Shown here: in pieces, positions 17,213-27,547 of the stretch
Layout: every line of letters starts with the position of its first letter
How positions within the stretch are numbered: the stretch's first letter is position 1
Assembly (NCBI GenBank): GCA_965224465.1
Contig: OZ245049.1
Coordinates: 4,650,001-4,682,000 of the forward strand
DNA: 32,000 nt
Direction: 5' to 3'
Source of the DNA: Flavobacteriaceae bacterium
Lineage (GTDB): Bacteria; Bacteroidota; Bacteroidia; Flavobacteriales; Flavobacteriaceae
Translations under genes and position numbers: made by a program
Notes under the pieces: generated by a model
Seen by the model: the letters and a program-made list of their open reading frames with translations, nothing else
What the model was told of the DNA's origin: nothing
The model's database searches: none

Positions 17213-20200
17213 TTATGAAACCAGGGATTTGGATGGAGGACTGTGTTTTTTAGCATATACAGATGGGTTCATGTCAAATTGATTGAAAAATATTTTTCGG
17301 AAATATGCAATGTCTGAAAAACCGACCATGTTAGATATTTCTGAGATAGAATATTTCTGCAGTTTTAATAATTGCGCAGCTCTTTTTAGACGAATGGATT
17401 TTATGAATTGTGTGATGGATAAGTCGGTAAACATTTTTACCTTTCTATACAGTGTTGCTTGACTCATATTTAGTTTTTCTGCCAGTATTTTTACATTAAA
17501 AGTATTACTTGTTAGATTGTTTTCTATCAACTTTATTGTTTTAAGAAGAAAAATTTCTTCGCTGGATTTTATTTCTATATTATGGGGTTCTAAAGTGATT
17601 TTTTTACTGAAGAAGTTTTTAAGACGTTTCCTGTTTTCAATGCAATTTTCTACTTTTGCTTTTAAAACTTGTGTCTCAAAAGGTTTGGTAATATAAGCAT
17701 CAACACCAGAAGCTAGGGCTTCTATTTTTTTAATTTCATTCGTGTTTGCCGTTAATAAAATGATAGGGATATAGCTTGTTTTTAGTTCCTTTTTCAATTT
17801 TTGACAAAGGGTTACTCCATCCATTACAGGCATCATTAGATCACAGATAATTAAATCGGGATGTTTTATCTCTATTATATTCAAGGCTTCTATTCCATTT
17901 GTGGCCTCTGAAATTTGATAACTTTCCTGAAATATTTTTTTTAAAAACAGAAGTATTTCGGGGTTGTCTTCAACCAATAGGATGTGTTTGTTATTCTCTT
18001 TTTTTATAAAATCAATTTGCGGTTGACTTGTGGTGAAATCTGTATATATTTTTTTGCTAATTTCTTCTGGTAATTTAAGAATTTGTGCCGAAGGATACTG
18101 TTCTTTACGTATAGGAAGTGTTACTTGGAAAGCAGCTCCTTTTCCATACGTACTATCGATGGTGATTTTTCCATTGTGTAAATCTATGATTTCTTTTACT
18201 AGAGACAGGCCTATACCTGAGCCTTTAAAATGTACATCTGTACTTTTTGATGCTTGGTAGTAGCGTTCAAATAAATGTAGTTGGTCTTTTTTAGAAATTC
18301 CCTTTCCTGTATCTTTTACAGATATTTTACAGCAGTTATCTATAGAGAAAACATCAATTTTAATGGTTATTTCGCTATTGGTAGGGGAGAATTTAAATGC
18401 ATTTTGAATAAGGTTTGTAATTACAATCTCCATATTGGTTCTGTCAAACCACATTTTAAAAGAACCTTGTGTATTGATATAATTATAGCGAATATTCTGT
18501 TGTTTGGCTAAAGGGATAAATGAATCGAAAATTTCTTTTACGAATATGTCTATATCTATTTCTGATATTTGAAGCTGCATTCTGTTAGAAATTATTTTTC
18601 TAAAATCCATCAGTTGATTTACAAGCTTTAGGAGCTTAAAAGCGTTTTTTTCTATTGGTTTTAGTTGTTCTTTGATTTTGTTAGTCAAGGAATCTGACTG
18701 TATTAAATCGTGTAAAGGAGTTAAAATTAATGTAAGAGGTGTTCGTATTTCGTGAGAGAGATTTGTAAAAAATTTAGATTTTATTTCGCTCAATTCTGTT
18801 TCTTTGTTTTTTTCGAATTTTGCCGTTTTTAAAGTGTGTTCTAGTTTTATTCGTTCAGAATTTTGGTGTTCTATTACGTAAATTCGTCGGATACGTATAT
18901 AATAAATAGCAAGGAGTAAAAACGTGATTGTAATAATTAACAATAATTTTGCCCACCATGTATCCCACCATGCTGGGACAATTTTAATATGAAGTTTTGT
19001 GGCTTTTGTATTCCAAATCCCTTCACTATTAGCTGCTTTCACTAAAAAAGTGTAGTCTCCAGCAGCTAAATTGTGAAAACTTACGATTCTAGATCTTGAA
19101 TTTACTTCTGTCCAATTTACATCTAGACCTTCGAGTTTGTAGGCATATTTATTGAATTCTTTGAACGGAAACGAAAGGCTATTAAATTCTAGGGCAAAGC
19201 TTTCGTTTAAATGTTCTAATCTAATGGAACTTGTATAGGGAATGGTTTTATTTAAAATTACTTGTCCGTTTGTAACGGTGTTTACACTAACAGATCTATT
19301 ATTAATTATAAGGTCTGAGATAATTACTGCGGGAACATTTTTGTTTCTCTTTATGTTTTTGGGATTAAATGTTACAAAACCATTGTTGTTCCCGAAATAT
19401 AAATTACCGAAATTATCTTTGAATGCTGCTCTGTTGTTATTAGCAATATATAGGTTTTCGAATTTTTTAGATGTTAAATTAAACTTAGATATGCCAGAAG
19501 CCGTACCTAACCAAAGATTATTTTCGTTGTCTTCTATAATACATGATACAAAATTATTTGCAAGTCCATCCCTGATATTGTGGATGGTGAAATTATTATT
19601 TTTTCTGTCATAATGTCCTAGCCCTCCTCTATATCCAATCCATAAATTTTGTTTGTTGTCTTCATAAATAGTCCAGACTTCTTTATTTATTAATACTTCA
19701 CTTGAAATGGAGATATCGTCAAATGATTGAAGAAAGTAATGATTGTTGATGTTGATTACTTTTTGAATTCCAAAACAAGTGCCTACCCATATTGTTTTTT
19801 CAGAATCTTGAGTAATGCATTTTATATAATTAGTTTCTATATGGTTGTTTTTTTGATCCACCTGAGGTATACGTTGAATGTCTCCCTTTTTTTTATCGTA
19901 GCGTAGCAGCCCTTTATCTGTTCCAATCCAGAAAACCCCTTCATTATCTATGTGTAATGCTTTTATAGGCTCTTTCCATGTAGGTTGATTGATAGGTGCT
20001 ATTTTATGGACGCTAAATCCCTCTCCGTTTTTGTCTTTTTTATAGAGGGTAGATTCATCAGTTCCAAACCAAATGTTTTCTTTATTATCTTTGGCTGCAC
20101 ATAAAATAATATCAGTTGTAAGTCCAGAATTTGATTGCTTTTTGGTGAAGTTTTTAAATGTATATAGGGTGTTTTTAGAGATCTTCTCATTGCTTTTTTT

Positions 20201-21352
20201 GATCCCACCATGGTACATGGAAATCCATAAAAATCCATCTTTATCTTCTGTGAAAGAATTGATTTCATACCTACTGTCAAACTTATATCGTTTGTATTTG
20301 TTATTGCTAAAATCTATTTTGACTACTCCGCCTCCAAAAGTGCCTATCCAAATAGTTCCTCCATCGTCCCAATATAAAGTGCTAATTCTGTTTTCTAATT
20401 TTTCATTAAAAAAAGGATGATCCCTGTTGTAATGTTCTATTTTATAAGGATCTCTTGCATTGCTTTTCTTGTGTATATGGTCAATCCCATTCCATGTTCC
20501 AACCCATAAGTTTCCGTAAAAATCTGATTGTATTCCGTAAATATCGTTATGACTTAGTTGTTGTGTTTTTTGATGTTCTATAATTTCGTACGTGTAATTG
20601 GAGGTGTTCATTTTTACGAGTCCTCCTTGTATTGTTCCAATCCATAAGGTGGAGTCCTGACTGTACAAGGTATTAATAGTTGTTATTTTTTTATGGTTGT
20701 AGTTATGTATCTTAATAGGGATTTTGTTAAATTCCCTTGTGTCTGTATTAAAATTGAATAAAAATTGATCCCAAGAGCCAATCCATAAAAGGGGTTTTTT
20801 ACTATCATGTAATACGCTAGTTAAAATAGACGAAGGAATAGTAGAATTTGTGGTGTCGTAATGTGTGCTATTAAATGTATTGTTTCTTAGCGATTCTTTA
20901 TCTATCTGAGATAAATGCCATAATCCTTGTGAACTTGCAATCCATAAGCTTTGATTCTTTCCTTTGCAGATGCTGTTTATTTTACCTTCTATTATTTTTT
21001 TTGATCCTTTGTTGTTACTTAAAGAAATAAATTGTTCCGTTTTTGGATCAAAGCAATAAAGTCCATTAGAGCTAGGACACCAAATCAAACCGTCTTCAGT
21101 TTGTAATAAATCTAATACGTTTATAAAATAATTGTTTGGATTGAAATTCTGAATATTGTACCCGTCGAATTTTGAGATTCCATTATTAGTTCCAAACCAC
21201 ATAAAACCCGTATTGTCTTTTATAATACTGTTAATAGTATTGTCAGCTAGTCCGTTTTGAATGGTAATATATTCGACAGAAAACACGCTTTCTTGTCCGT
21301 GGATAATAAAGCTAAAAAGAATAATGAAAACGAGAGCTAGGTGGTTTTTCAT
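17213..21352 (-). CDS. Hybrid two-component system regulator (HTCS): periplasmic beta-propeller/Y_Y_Y sensor, histidine kinase, receiver, AraC-type HTH
   Basis: 1379-aa ORF with a signal peptide and many W.GT..GL propeller repeats. A TM follows (WWAKLLLIITITFLLLAIYYI). Other motifs are the H-box FFTNLSHEIRTPLTLI, the ATPase G-box GSGIGLSLVKEIIDLHNG, the receiver ILLVEDNPE...DLIICDLMMPVMDG and the C-terminal AraC HTH (GFSDIAYFRKIFFNQF). Confidence 0.92.
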   Translation of the reverse strand: MKNHLALVFIILFSFIIHGQESVFSVEYITIQNGLADNTINSIIKDNTGFMWFGTNNGISKFDGYNIQNFNPNNYFINVLDLLQTEDGLIWCPSSNGLYCFDPKTEQFISLSNNKGSKKIIEGKINSICKGKNQSLWIASSQGLWHLSQIDKESLRNNTFNSTHYDTTNSTIPSSILTSVLHDSKKPLLWIGSWDQFLFNFNTDTREFNKIPIKIHNYNHKKITTINTLYSQDSTLWIGTIQGGLVKMNTSNYTYEIIEHQKTQQLSHNDIYGIQSDFYGNLWVGTWNGIDHIHKKSNARDPYKIEHYNRDHPFFNEKLENRISTLYWDDGGTIWIGTFGGGVVKIDFSNNKYKRYKFDSRYEINSFTEDKDGFLWISMYHGGIKKSNEKISKNTLYTFKNFTKKQSNSGLTTDIILCAAKDNKENIWFGTDESTLYKKDKNGEGFSVHKIAPINQPTWKEPIKALHIDNEGVFWIGTDKGLLRYDKKKGDIQRIPQVDQKNNHIETNYIKCITQDSEKTIWVGTCFGIQKVININNHYFLQSFDDISISSEVLINKEVWTIYEDNKQNLWIGYRGGLGHYDRKNNNFTIHNIRDGLANNFVSCIIEDNENNLWLGTASGISKFNLTSKKFENLYIANNNRAAFKDNFGNLYFGNNNGFVTFNPKNIKRNKNVPAVIISDLIINNRSVSVNTVTNGQVILNKTIPYTSSIRLEHLNESFALEFNSLSFPFKEFNKYAYKLEGLDVNWTEVNSRSRIVSFHNLAAGDYTFLVKAANSEGIWNTKATKLHIKIVPAWWDTWWAKLLLIITITFLLLAIYYIRIRRIYVIEHQNSERIKLEHTLKTAKFEKNKETELSEIKSKFFTNLSHEIRTPLTLILTPLHDLIQSDSLTNKIKEQLKPIEKNAFKLLKLVNQLMDFRKIISNRMQLQISEIDIDIFVKEIFDSFIPLAKQQNIRYNYINTQGSFKMWFDRTNMEIVITNLIQNAFKFSPTNSEITIKIDVFSIDNCCKISVKDTGKGISKKDQLHLFERYYQASKSTDVHFKGSGIGLSLVKEIIDLHNGKITIDSTYGKGAAFQVTLPIRKEQYPSAQILKLPEEISKKIYTDFTTSQPQIDFIKKENNKHILLVEDNPEILLFLKKIFQESYQISEATNGIEALNIIEIKHPDLIICDLMMPVMDGVTLCQKLKKELKTSYIPIILLTANTNEIKKIEALASGVDAYITKPFETQVLKAKVENCIENRKRLKNFFSKKITLEPHNIEIKSSEEIFLLKTIKLIENNLTSNTFNVKILAEKLNMSQATLYRKVKMFTDLSITQFIKSIRLKRAAQLLKLQKYSISEISNMVGFSDIAYFRKIFFNQFDMNPSVYAKKHSPPSKSLVS

Positions 21353-22194
21353 GGTGTAAATGTGGGGAATTCGATGTTTTCAAATTTACTAAAAAATCAG
21401 ATAAAAAATATTTGTTTTACCATTATTTAGCCATGTCCTGAGAAAGACAATAAATAACTGGTAAGTCATTGATTTTGTTTGAGGATGATTTAAAAAGGTG
21501 TGTTTTGTAGGTGTTAAAAACATTTTTTTTAAATATAGGTTCAGGAGAAAGATACTCATTTAAAAACACAAATCCAATTGGGTGCTGTTTTTATCCAATA
21601 TGGAAATGATACAACTAGAAATATGTTGTTTTGAAAAGAGGGGGTTCGGTGCTCTAAAGGGGGCGTTGTTTTGTCAATCCAAATTAGCTTTTTTAGAGTC
21701 AAACGGGACATCTTAAATTAGCGTTCAATTATAAACAGGATGTCGCTAATTTATGATTATATATGTAGTGTACATCTCTCTTTTTTTGAATTTATAAACC
21801 AATAATTTTAATAACTTAAGTTAAGTAATTGTTAAAAATACAGTTAAAGTTTGCTGTTTTTTTTATTCATTTAATTGAGAAAGGTGTATTTTTTTAATTA
21901 ACTGACTGTAAATTAATTGCATTTGTTTTTGACTTAAAAACCTCTTGTTTATGATTGATTACTCCTCTTAAAAACGACTAAATATTCCTGCTTAGATGAA
22001 TGATTTATCTCTTCTAAATCATAAATAAGATGTTAAATTTGAAAGTGTATTTATTACATTTATTTACTGGCTTTTTATACCATACTCAAAGCAATTATTA
22101 GATGGAATGTTTACGCAACATAAGTAAAACGTATTCGTAATTTTTTATGACTACAGTATCAATTATTTACAAACTTTAACTTTAAATTTTTTTT

Positions 22195-25100
22195 ATGAAG
22201 AACAACTATTTTAAGATAAAAATATTGTTAGTATTTTTATTGTTTTTTTCAGTAATTCAACGCTCCGTTGCTAATGCGGTTACAGTTTCTGTAGCAGTAG
22301 TGCAAAAAATGGAGATAAAAGGAGTCGTAACAGATTCATCGGGTGATGCCTTACCAGGTGTTAGTATTATGATTGTTGGTAGTTCAATAGGAACTGATAC
22401 AGATTTTGATGGGAAATTTAGTATCAAAGCCAACAAAGGAGATGTGCTTGAGTTTTCTTATTTAGGTATGAAAACAAAAAGAGTGATAATTAAAAGTACT
22501 TCTTATTTAAAGATAGTTTTAAAGGATGATGCTTCAGCATTAGACGAAGTGGTGATTGTAGGTTATGGAACTCAGAAAAAAGTAAATATGACAGGAGCGG
22601 TTAGCTCTGTTTCTGCTGAGCAGATCGAATCTAGACCTGTTCCAAATGTAATGGCTGCAATTCAAGGTGCTGTACCTAATATGCTATTAAGTGTTGGGAA
22701 CTCTGGAGGTGAACCTGGTTCAAATATGTCGATTAGTATTCGTGGTGTTGGATCTTTAAATGGTTCTAGTCCTTATGTGATTGTAGATGGAATGCCATTG
22801 GATGATATTTCTGAAATTAATGATATCAACCCAGAAGACATTGAAAATATTTCTGTATTAAAAGATGCTGCTTCTACAGCGATTTATGGATCAAAAGCTG
22901 CTTTTGGGGTGATTTTGATAACTACAAAAAGTGGACAAGCATTAGATGGTGTACGAGTAACGTATTCTAATAATTTTATTTTTGCATCTCCTTTAAAGTT
23001 ACCAGAAATGATGAACTCGTTGGATTTTGCTAATTATTTTAATTTAGCATCAACCAATGGAGGTAGTGGAAAAGTATTTAGTGATGAGGTGATGGACAGA
23101 ATTATTGCCTTTCAAGAAGATCCCGTAAATACTCCAAATACGATACCAAATGCTTCTGGAAAGGATTATTTGCAATATACTGGCTCAAATGCAAATACAG
23201 ATTGGTTTGATACCATGTATAAGGATGTTGTAACAAGACAGCAACACAATCTTAGTTTGTCAGGGAAACAAAATAAAGTAAAATATTTTATGTCTGGATC
23301 TTTTTATGATCAAGCTGGAATTATGGAGTATGGAGATGATAAATACAATAGATATACTTTAAATTCAAAAATAAATACAGAGGTAACGGATTGGTTTTCT
23401 TTTAATATCAATATGAGACTTGCCAAAACGTCCATTGATAGACCTAGTTATAATAAAGGGTTATATTTACATAATATTGCTCGTAGATGGCCTGTAAATG
23501 GTGTTGTAATGCCTAATGGTAGTTACTCTACTGGTTCAGAAATTCCATTCTTATTAAATGGAGGACGTTATAAAAATGAGGTAGAAAGCAATAATACCAG
23601 TTTGAATTTTGTATTTGAACCTATTGAAGATTTGAAGATAACAGCATCATTATTGTATAGAAATATAGGGTATATGTCTAGCAGTCACAATGCCAAAGTA
23701 TCTACTTTTGGGCCTGATGGTAACGAGATTAAAAATAGAAAAACCAATAGTTTTAGAAGGTACGCTAGTAAGAATACTTACCTGTCTCCAAATCTTGTAG
23801 TTACTTATAATAAATCATTTGATGATGAAACGCATAATTTTAGTACTGTACTTGGGTTTCAACAAGAAAACAATGAGTATACTGCATTGTCTGGTTCTAG
23901 AAGCGATTTGATTACCGATAATGTACCTTCTATTAGTACCGCAGTGGGAGATGATAAAACGGATGACTCTGTAGGGCATTCTTCTACCAGAGGGTATTTT
24001 GGTCGTTTAGCGTATAATTATAAAGAAAAATATTTATTAGAGTTCAATGGAAGGTATGATGCGTCATCAAAATTTCCGAAAGCAGATCGTTGGGCGTTTT
24101 TTCCTTCGGTTTCTGCTGGGTATAACATTGCTAATGAAGATTATTGGAATGTAGATCAAATTAAATTATTAAAATTGAGGTTTTCTTATGGAAGTTTAGG
24201 GAATCAAAATGTAAGTAATTATTTATATGTACCTCGCATGCCAGTGAGAACCAACTCATGGTGGATGAATGCGGAAGGACGTCCTAATTATACGCTTTCA
24301 CCGAGTTTAATAAGTCCTCAAATTACTTGGGAAAAAGTGTCTACTACAAATTTCGGATTGGATGTAGCAGCTTTACGTAATAGACTTTCTGCTAGTTTAG
24401 ATGTATTTGTGAGAAAAACCCTTGATATGGTAGGTCCCGCAGAAAGTTATCCAGCACTTCTAGGTACTGCAGCTCCTAAGAGTAACAATGCGTCCTTAGA
24501 AACTAAAGGATTTGGATTGATGATAAAATGGAATGATAATATAGGAGCGGTTAAATATGGTGCTAGTTTTAATATATCCAATGCAAAAACAACTGTATTG
24601 ACGTATAAAAATCCTAATATGTTATTGAAAAATTATAGAGAAGGTCAAACACTCGGAGAGATTTGGGGATTTGAATCTGTAGGTCTGTATCAATCACAAG
24701 AGGAGATAGATAATGGAGCAGATCAGTCTACCATGTGGGGTGGTGTATGGCATCCTGGAGATGTACATTACAAAGATATCAATGGTGATGGACACATAGA
24801 TTGGGGAGATTCTACTTCCGAAAAACCTGGGGATATGAAGGTTATCGGAAACTCAACACCTCAATACCAGTTTGGTTTAAACTTAAATGCTAGCTATAAA
24901 GGATTTGACATATCTATGATATGGCAAGGAATTGGAAAAAGAGATTTATATGTAGGAGGCCCTTATATGTTTGGTGTACAAGGAAACATGTGGCAGTCTG
25001 CTGGTTTTGAGGATCATTTAGATTATTGGTCTAAAGACAATACCAATGCATATTACCCAAGACCTACCTTTAGATCTGCATGGAGAAACCAAGAAACTCA

Positions 25101-25350
25101 GTCACGCTATTTACAAAATGCAGCCTATCTACGTTTGAAAAATATCAGTATTGGATATGCGCTCCCAGCATCTATTTTAAATACTTTGAAATTAAACAAG
25201 GTAAGATTCTTTGTTTCAGGGGAAAACATGTTGACTTTTACAAAAATGGCGAATATGTTTGATCCAGAAACCACAGGAGGTTATTGGGGAAGTGGAAAAA
25301 TATATCCGTTGCAAAAAGTACTAGCAATAGGAATGAATGTTAAATTTTAA
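22195..25350 (+). CDS. SusC/RagA-family TonB-dependent outer-membrane transporter
   Basis: 1051-aa ORF with a signal peptide. It has a carboxypeptidase-regulatory-like domain (KGVVTDSSGDALPGVSIMIVGS...DFDGKFSI), a TonB-box region (DEVVIVGYGTQKK), a plug and a barrel, and it ends in F. Confidence 0.92.
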   Translation: MKNNYFKIKILLVFLLFFSVIQRSVANAVTVSVAVVQKMEIKGVVTDSSGDALPGVSIMIVGSSIGTDTDFDGKFSIKANKGDVLEFSYLGMKTKRVIIKSTSYLKIVLKDDASALDEVVIVGYGTQKKVNMTGAVSSVSAEQIESRPVPNVMAAIQGAVPNMLLSVGNSGGEPGSNMSISIRGVGSLNGSSPYVIVDGMPLDDISEINDINPEDIENISVLKDAASTAIYGSKAAFGVILITTKSGQALDGVRVTYSNNFIFASPLKLPEMMNSLDFANYFNLASTNGGSGKVFSDEVMDRIIAFQEDPVNTPNTIPNASGKDYLQYTGSNANTDWFDTMYKDVVTRQQHNLSLSGKQNKVKYFMSGSFYDQAGIMEYGDDKYNRYTLNSKINTEVTDWFSFNINMRLAKTSIDRPSYNKGLYLHNIARRWPVNGVVMPNGSYSTGSEIPFLLNGGRYKNEVESNNTSLNFVFEPIEDLKITASLLYRNIGYMSSSHNAKVSTFGPDGNEIKNRKTNSFRRYASKNTYLSPNLVVTYNKSFDDETHNFSTVLGFQQENNEYTALSGSRSDLITDNVPSISTAVGDDKTDDSVGHSSTRGYFGRLAYNYKEKYLLEFNGRYDASSKFPKADRWAFFPSVSAGYNIANEDYWNVDQIKLLKLRFSYGSLGNQNVSNYLYVPRMPVRTNSWWMNAEGRPNYTLSPSLISPQITWEKVSTTNFGLDVAALRNRLSASLDVFVRKTLDMVGPAESYPALLGTAAPKSNNASLETKGFGLMIKWNDNIGAVKYGASFNISNAKTTVLTYKNPNMLLKNYREGQTLGEIWGFESVGLYQSQEEIDNGADQSTMWGGVWHPGDVHYKDINGDGHIDWGDSTSEKPGDMKVIGNSTPQYQFGLNLNASYKGFDISMIWQGIGKRDLYVGGPYMFGVQGNMWQSAGFEDHLDYWSKDNTNAYYPRPTFRSAWRNQETQSRYLQNAAYLRLKNISIGYALPASILNTLKLNKVRFFVSGENMLTFTKMANMFDPETTGGYWGSGKIYPLQKVLAIGMNVKF

Positions 25351-25361
25351 TCAGTAAAAGA

Positions 25362-27104
25362 ATGAAGAACATAAAATATATAAGCATACTGTTTTTATTG
25401 GTATTTATATCAAATTCTTGCAGTGAAGACTTTTTAGAAAAATATCCACAGGATGAAATAGCTCCACAGGATTATTGGAAAACCCCTAACGATTTAAAAT
25501 TATACCTCAATCAATTTTACACGTCTTTCTCTGTGCATAATGGATGGAACGGAGGTACATTTGAAATTGATAACAATAGCGATAATTTAGCTAATTTTAA
25601 TATTAATAATCGTTTTGTAGGTGAAAATTCAACAGTTCCTAACACTGGAGGTGGTTGGAGTTGGGGACGTATTCGTTCTGTTAATCTTTATTTGGAAAAT
25701 AAGGATAAAGCTGAAGGTAATAATGATGAAATCAAACACTATAATGGAGAGGCTTATTTTTTCAGAGCAATGTTTTATTTTAAACTTATGAAAAGATTTG
25801 GAGCTTTACCGTATATAGATAAAACCTTGTCTACAGATTCTGAGGAATTGTATATGGAGCGCTTACCAAGAAATGAGGTGGTAGATAAAATTATTGCAGA
25901 TTTAGACTTAGCAATAGCTAATTTGAAACCAAAAAGTAGTGCAGAGAGCTTTAGAGTACACAAAGGTATCGCCTTGGTATTAAAATCTAATGTTTGTTTA
26001 TTTGAAGGAACTTGGGAAAAATACCATGCAGGAACCGTATTTGCTGGAAGTGTAAATAATAGTACTAAGTATTTGGAGTTAGCAGCCAGTGCTGCCGAAC
26101 AATTAATGAATGAAGGTAATTACGCATTGTACAATAATGGTGATGTAACTTCTACGTATTGGAGTTTGTTTAATCAAATGGATTATTCAAATAATACAGA
26201 AGTAATGTTTTGGAAAAGATATGACCAATCTGAAGGTGTCAGCCACAAAGTAGGGCACTATATTCCAAGAAATGGATCTGGAACAGGGGTTACAAAATCA
26301 TTAGTAGATAGTTTTTTATGTGCCGATGGAAAACCAATTTCTGTTAGTTCTTTATACGGAGCAGATAGTGAAAAAAGTCTAGAAGCTATTGTAAAAGATA
26401 GAGATCCTAGATTGGCACAATTGATCTGTACCCCTGGTGATTTATTGACGAAATATGCAGCAAGTGATGATGTTTATTTTAAATTTCCAACATTTAGAGA
26501 TAATAATGAAATTGTGTGTACTACAGGGTTTCAAATCTATAAAGGTGGATCTACTGATGAAGACGAAAGAGAAGATAGCCAAATGGGATCTATTATATAT
26601 AGATATGCAGAAGTGTTATTAAATTTTGCAGAAGCAAAAGCAGAATTAGGAACCTTAACTCAAGGGGATTTGGATAAATCTATCAACTTATTAAGAGAAC
26701 GTGTAGGGATGCCTATAATGACCATTGCCGGTTTGGTAGCAGATCCTAATAAAGCATTTCCTGGGTTGAGTGATTTAATCAACGAAGTGAGAAGAGAACG
26801 TCGTATTGAACTGTGTTTAGAAGGGAGACGATTGAGTGACCTATTGAGATGGAGTGCTGCGGATCAGTTTGTAGGAAAACGATTGAAAGGATTTAAAATA
26901 GTAGGAAGTGATATAGAAGCTGAATTTTCTGATTTGATAGGTTCTTCTATTTTTGTAGATGAAAATGGATATATAGATCCGTATAAAAATACGATTCCTA
27001 ATGGTTTTGGTTTTGATCCTTCTAGAGATTATTTACAGCCTATTCCAACCGAACAACTAGTATTGAGTAAAGGTTCTCTTACTCAAAATCCTGGATGGAA
27101 ATAA
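25362..27104 (+). CDS. SusD/RagB-family nutrient-binding lipoprotein
   Basis: 580-aa ORF starting 11 bp after susC-like. It has a lipobox (FISNSCSEDFLEKYPQD) and typical segments (YFFRAMFYFKLMKRFGALPY, RYAEVLLNFAEAKAELG, ERRIELCLEGRRLSDLLRW). Confidence 0.92.
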   Translation: MKNIKYISILFLLVFISNSCSEDFLEKYPQDEIAPQDYWKTPNDLKLYLNQFYTSFSVHNGWNGGTFEIDNNSDNLANFNINNRFVGENSTVPNTGGGWSWGRIRSVNLYLENKDKAEGNNDEIKHYNGEAYFFRAMFYFKLMKRFGALPYIDKTLSTDSEELYMERLPRNEVVDKIIADLDLAIANLKPKSSAESFRVHKGIALVLKSNVCLFEGTWEKYHAGTVFAGSVNNSTKYLELAASAAEQLMNEGNYALYNNGDVTSTYWSLFNQMDYSNNTEVMFWKRYDQSEGVSHKVGHYIPRNGSGTGVTKSLVDSFLCADGKPISVSSLYGADSEKSLEAIVKDRDPRLAQLICTPGDLLTKYAASDDVYFKFPTFRDNNEIVCTTGFQIYKGGSTDEDEREDSQMGSIIYRYAEVLLNFAEAKAELGTLTQGDLDKSINLLRERVGMPIMTIAGLVADPNKAFPGLSDLINEVRRERRIELCLEGRRLSDLLRWSAADQFVGKRLKGFKIVGSDIEAEFSDLIGSSIFVDENGYIDPYKNTIPNGFGFDPSRDYLQPIPTEQLVLSKGSLTQNPGWK

Positions 27105-27144
27105 TATTTTTATAATATTTTGAGTTAATATTATAAGTGGAATT

Positions 27145-27184
27145 CCAAGCTTTTATCTTTTTTTAAGATACGAAGCTTGGTTTT
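27145..27184 (+). terminator. Possible terminator after the susD-like gene
   Basis: CCAAGCTT (27145-27152) pairs with AAGCTTGG (27173-27180), followed by TTTT. The loop is long (20 nt), so this is a moderate call. Confidence 0.4.
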
Positions 27185-27440
27185 CTGTTTATATACATAG
27201 TTTAGCTCAAACTCTTTGGAAAGGAATTATGTGCTTCTTATTTTAGGACTTATTTTAGGATAATATTGGTAGCTGTGTTAATTTTTTGAGAATATTGATA
27301 TGTTCTTTTAGAATGGGTTTTAATAAAAACTGAACAAACAAAAGAGTACTATAAACAACGCTGATACATTGAAATGTGTTTTAAAGCAATGAAACCAAGT
27401 GGTTTTGATGTCTAAAAAGTTTCTTTAGGATAGTAGGAGG

Positions 27441-27539
27441 TTAAAATATAGAAGGATAGCTTTGCTATCGTTCTATATTTTAACAACGCTAGAACGTAAA
27501 ACAAACTATTTATATCGGTTATTTTGAAGTGTGATTGGT
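27441..27539 (+). repeat. Repeat family A, copy 4 (full length)
   Basis: TTAAAATATAGAAGGATAGCTTTGCTATCGTTCTATATTTTAACAACGCTAGAACGTAAAACAAACTATTTATATCGGTTATTTTGAAGTGTGATTGGT. Confidence 0.8.
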
Positions 27540-27547
27540 CAAACAAA

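Noticed and set aside
18030-20420. Several 76-123-aa ORFs inside the HTCS interval (18030-18260, 18281-18511, 19242-19613 and 20073-20420 on the + strand; 19999-20280 on the minus strand)
   Set aside because: The + strand ones are antisense to the 1379-aa HTCS gene. 19999-20280 is an alternative-frame ORF on the HTCS strand itself. The HTCS domain order is complete and uninterrupted.
25080-25963. 60-aa + strand ORF (25080-25262) and 62-aa minus-strand ORF (25775-25963)
   Set aside because: These are an alternative-frame ORF and an antisense ORF within the susC-like and susD-like genes.
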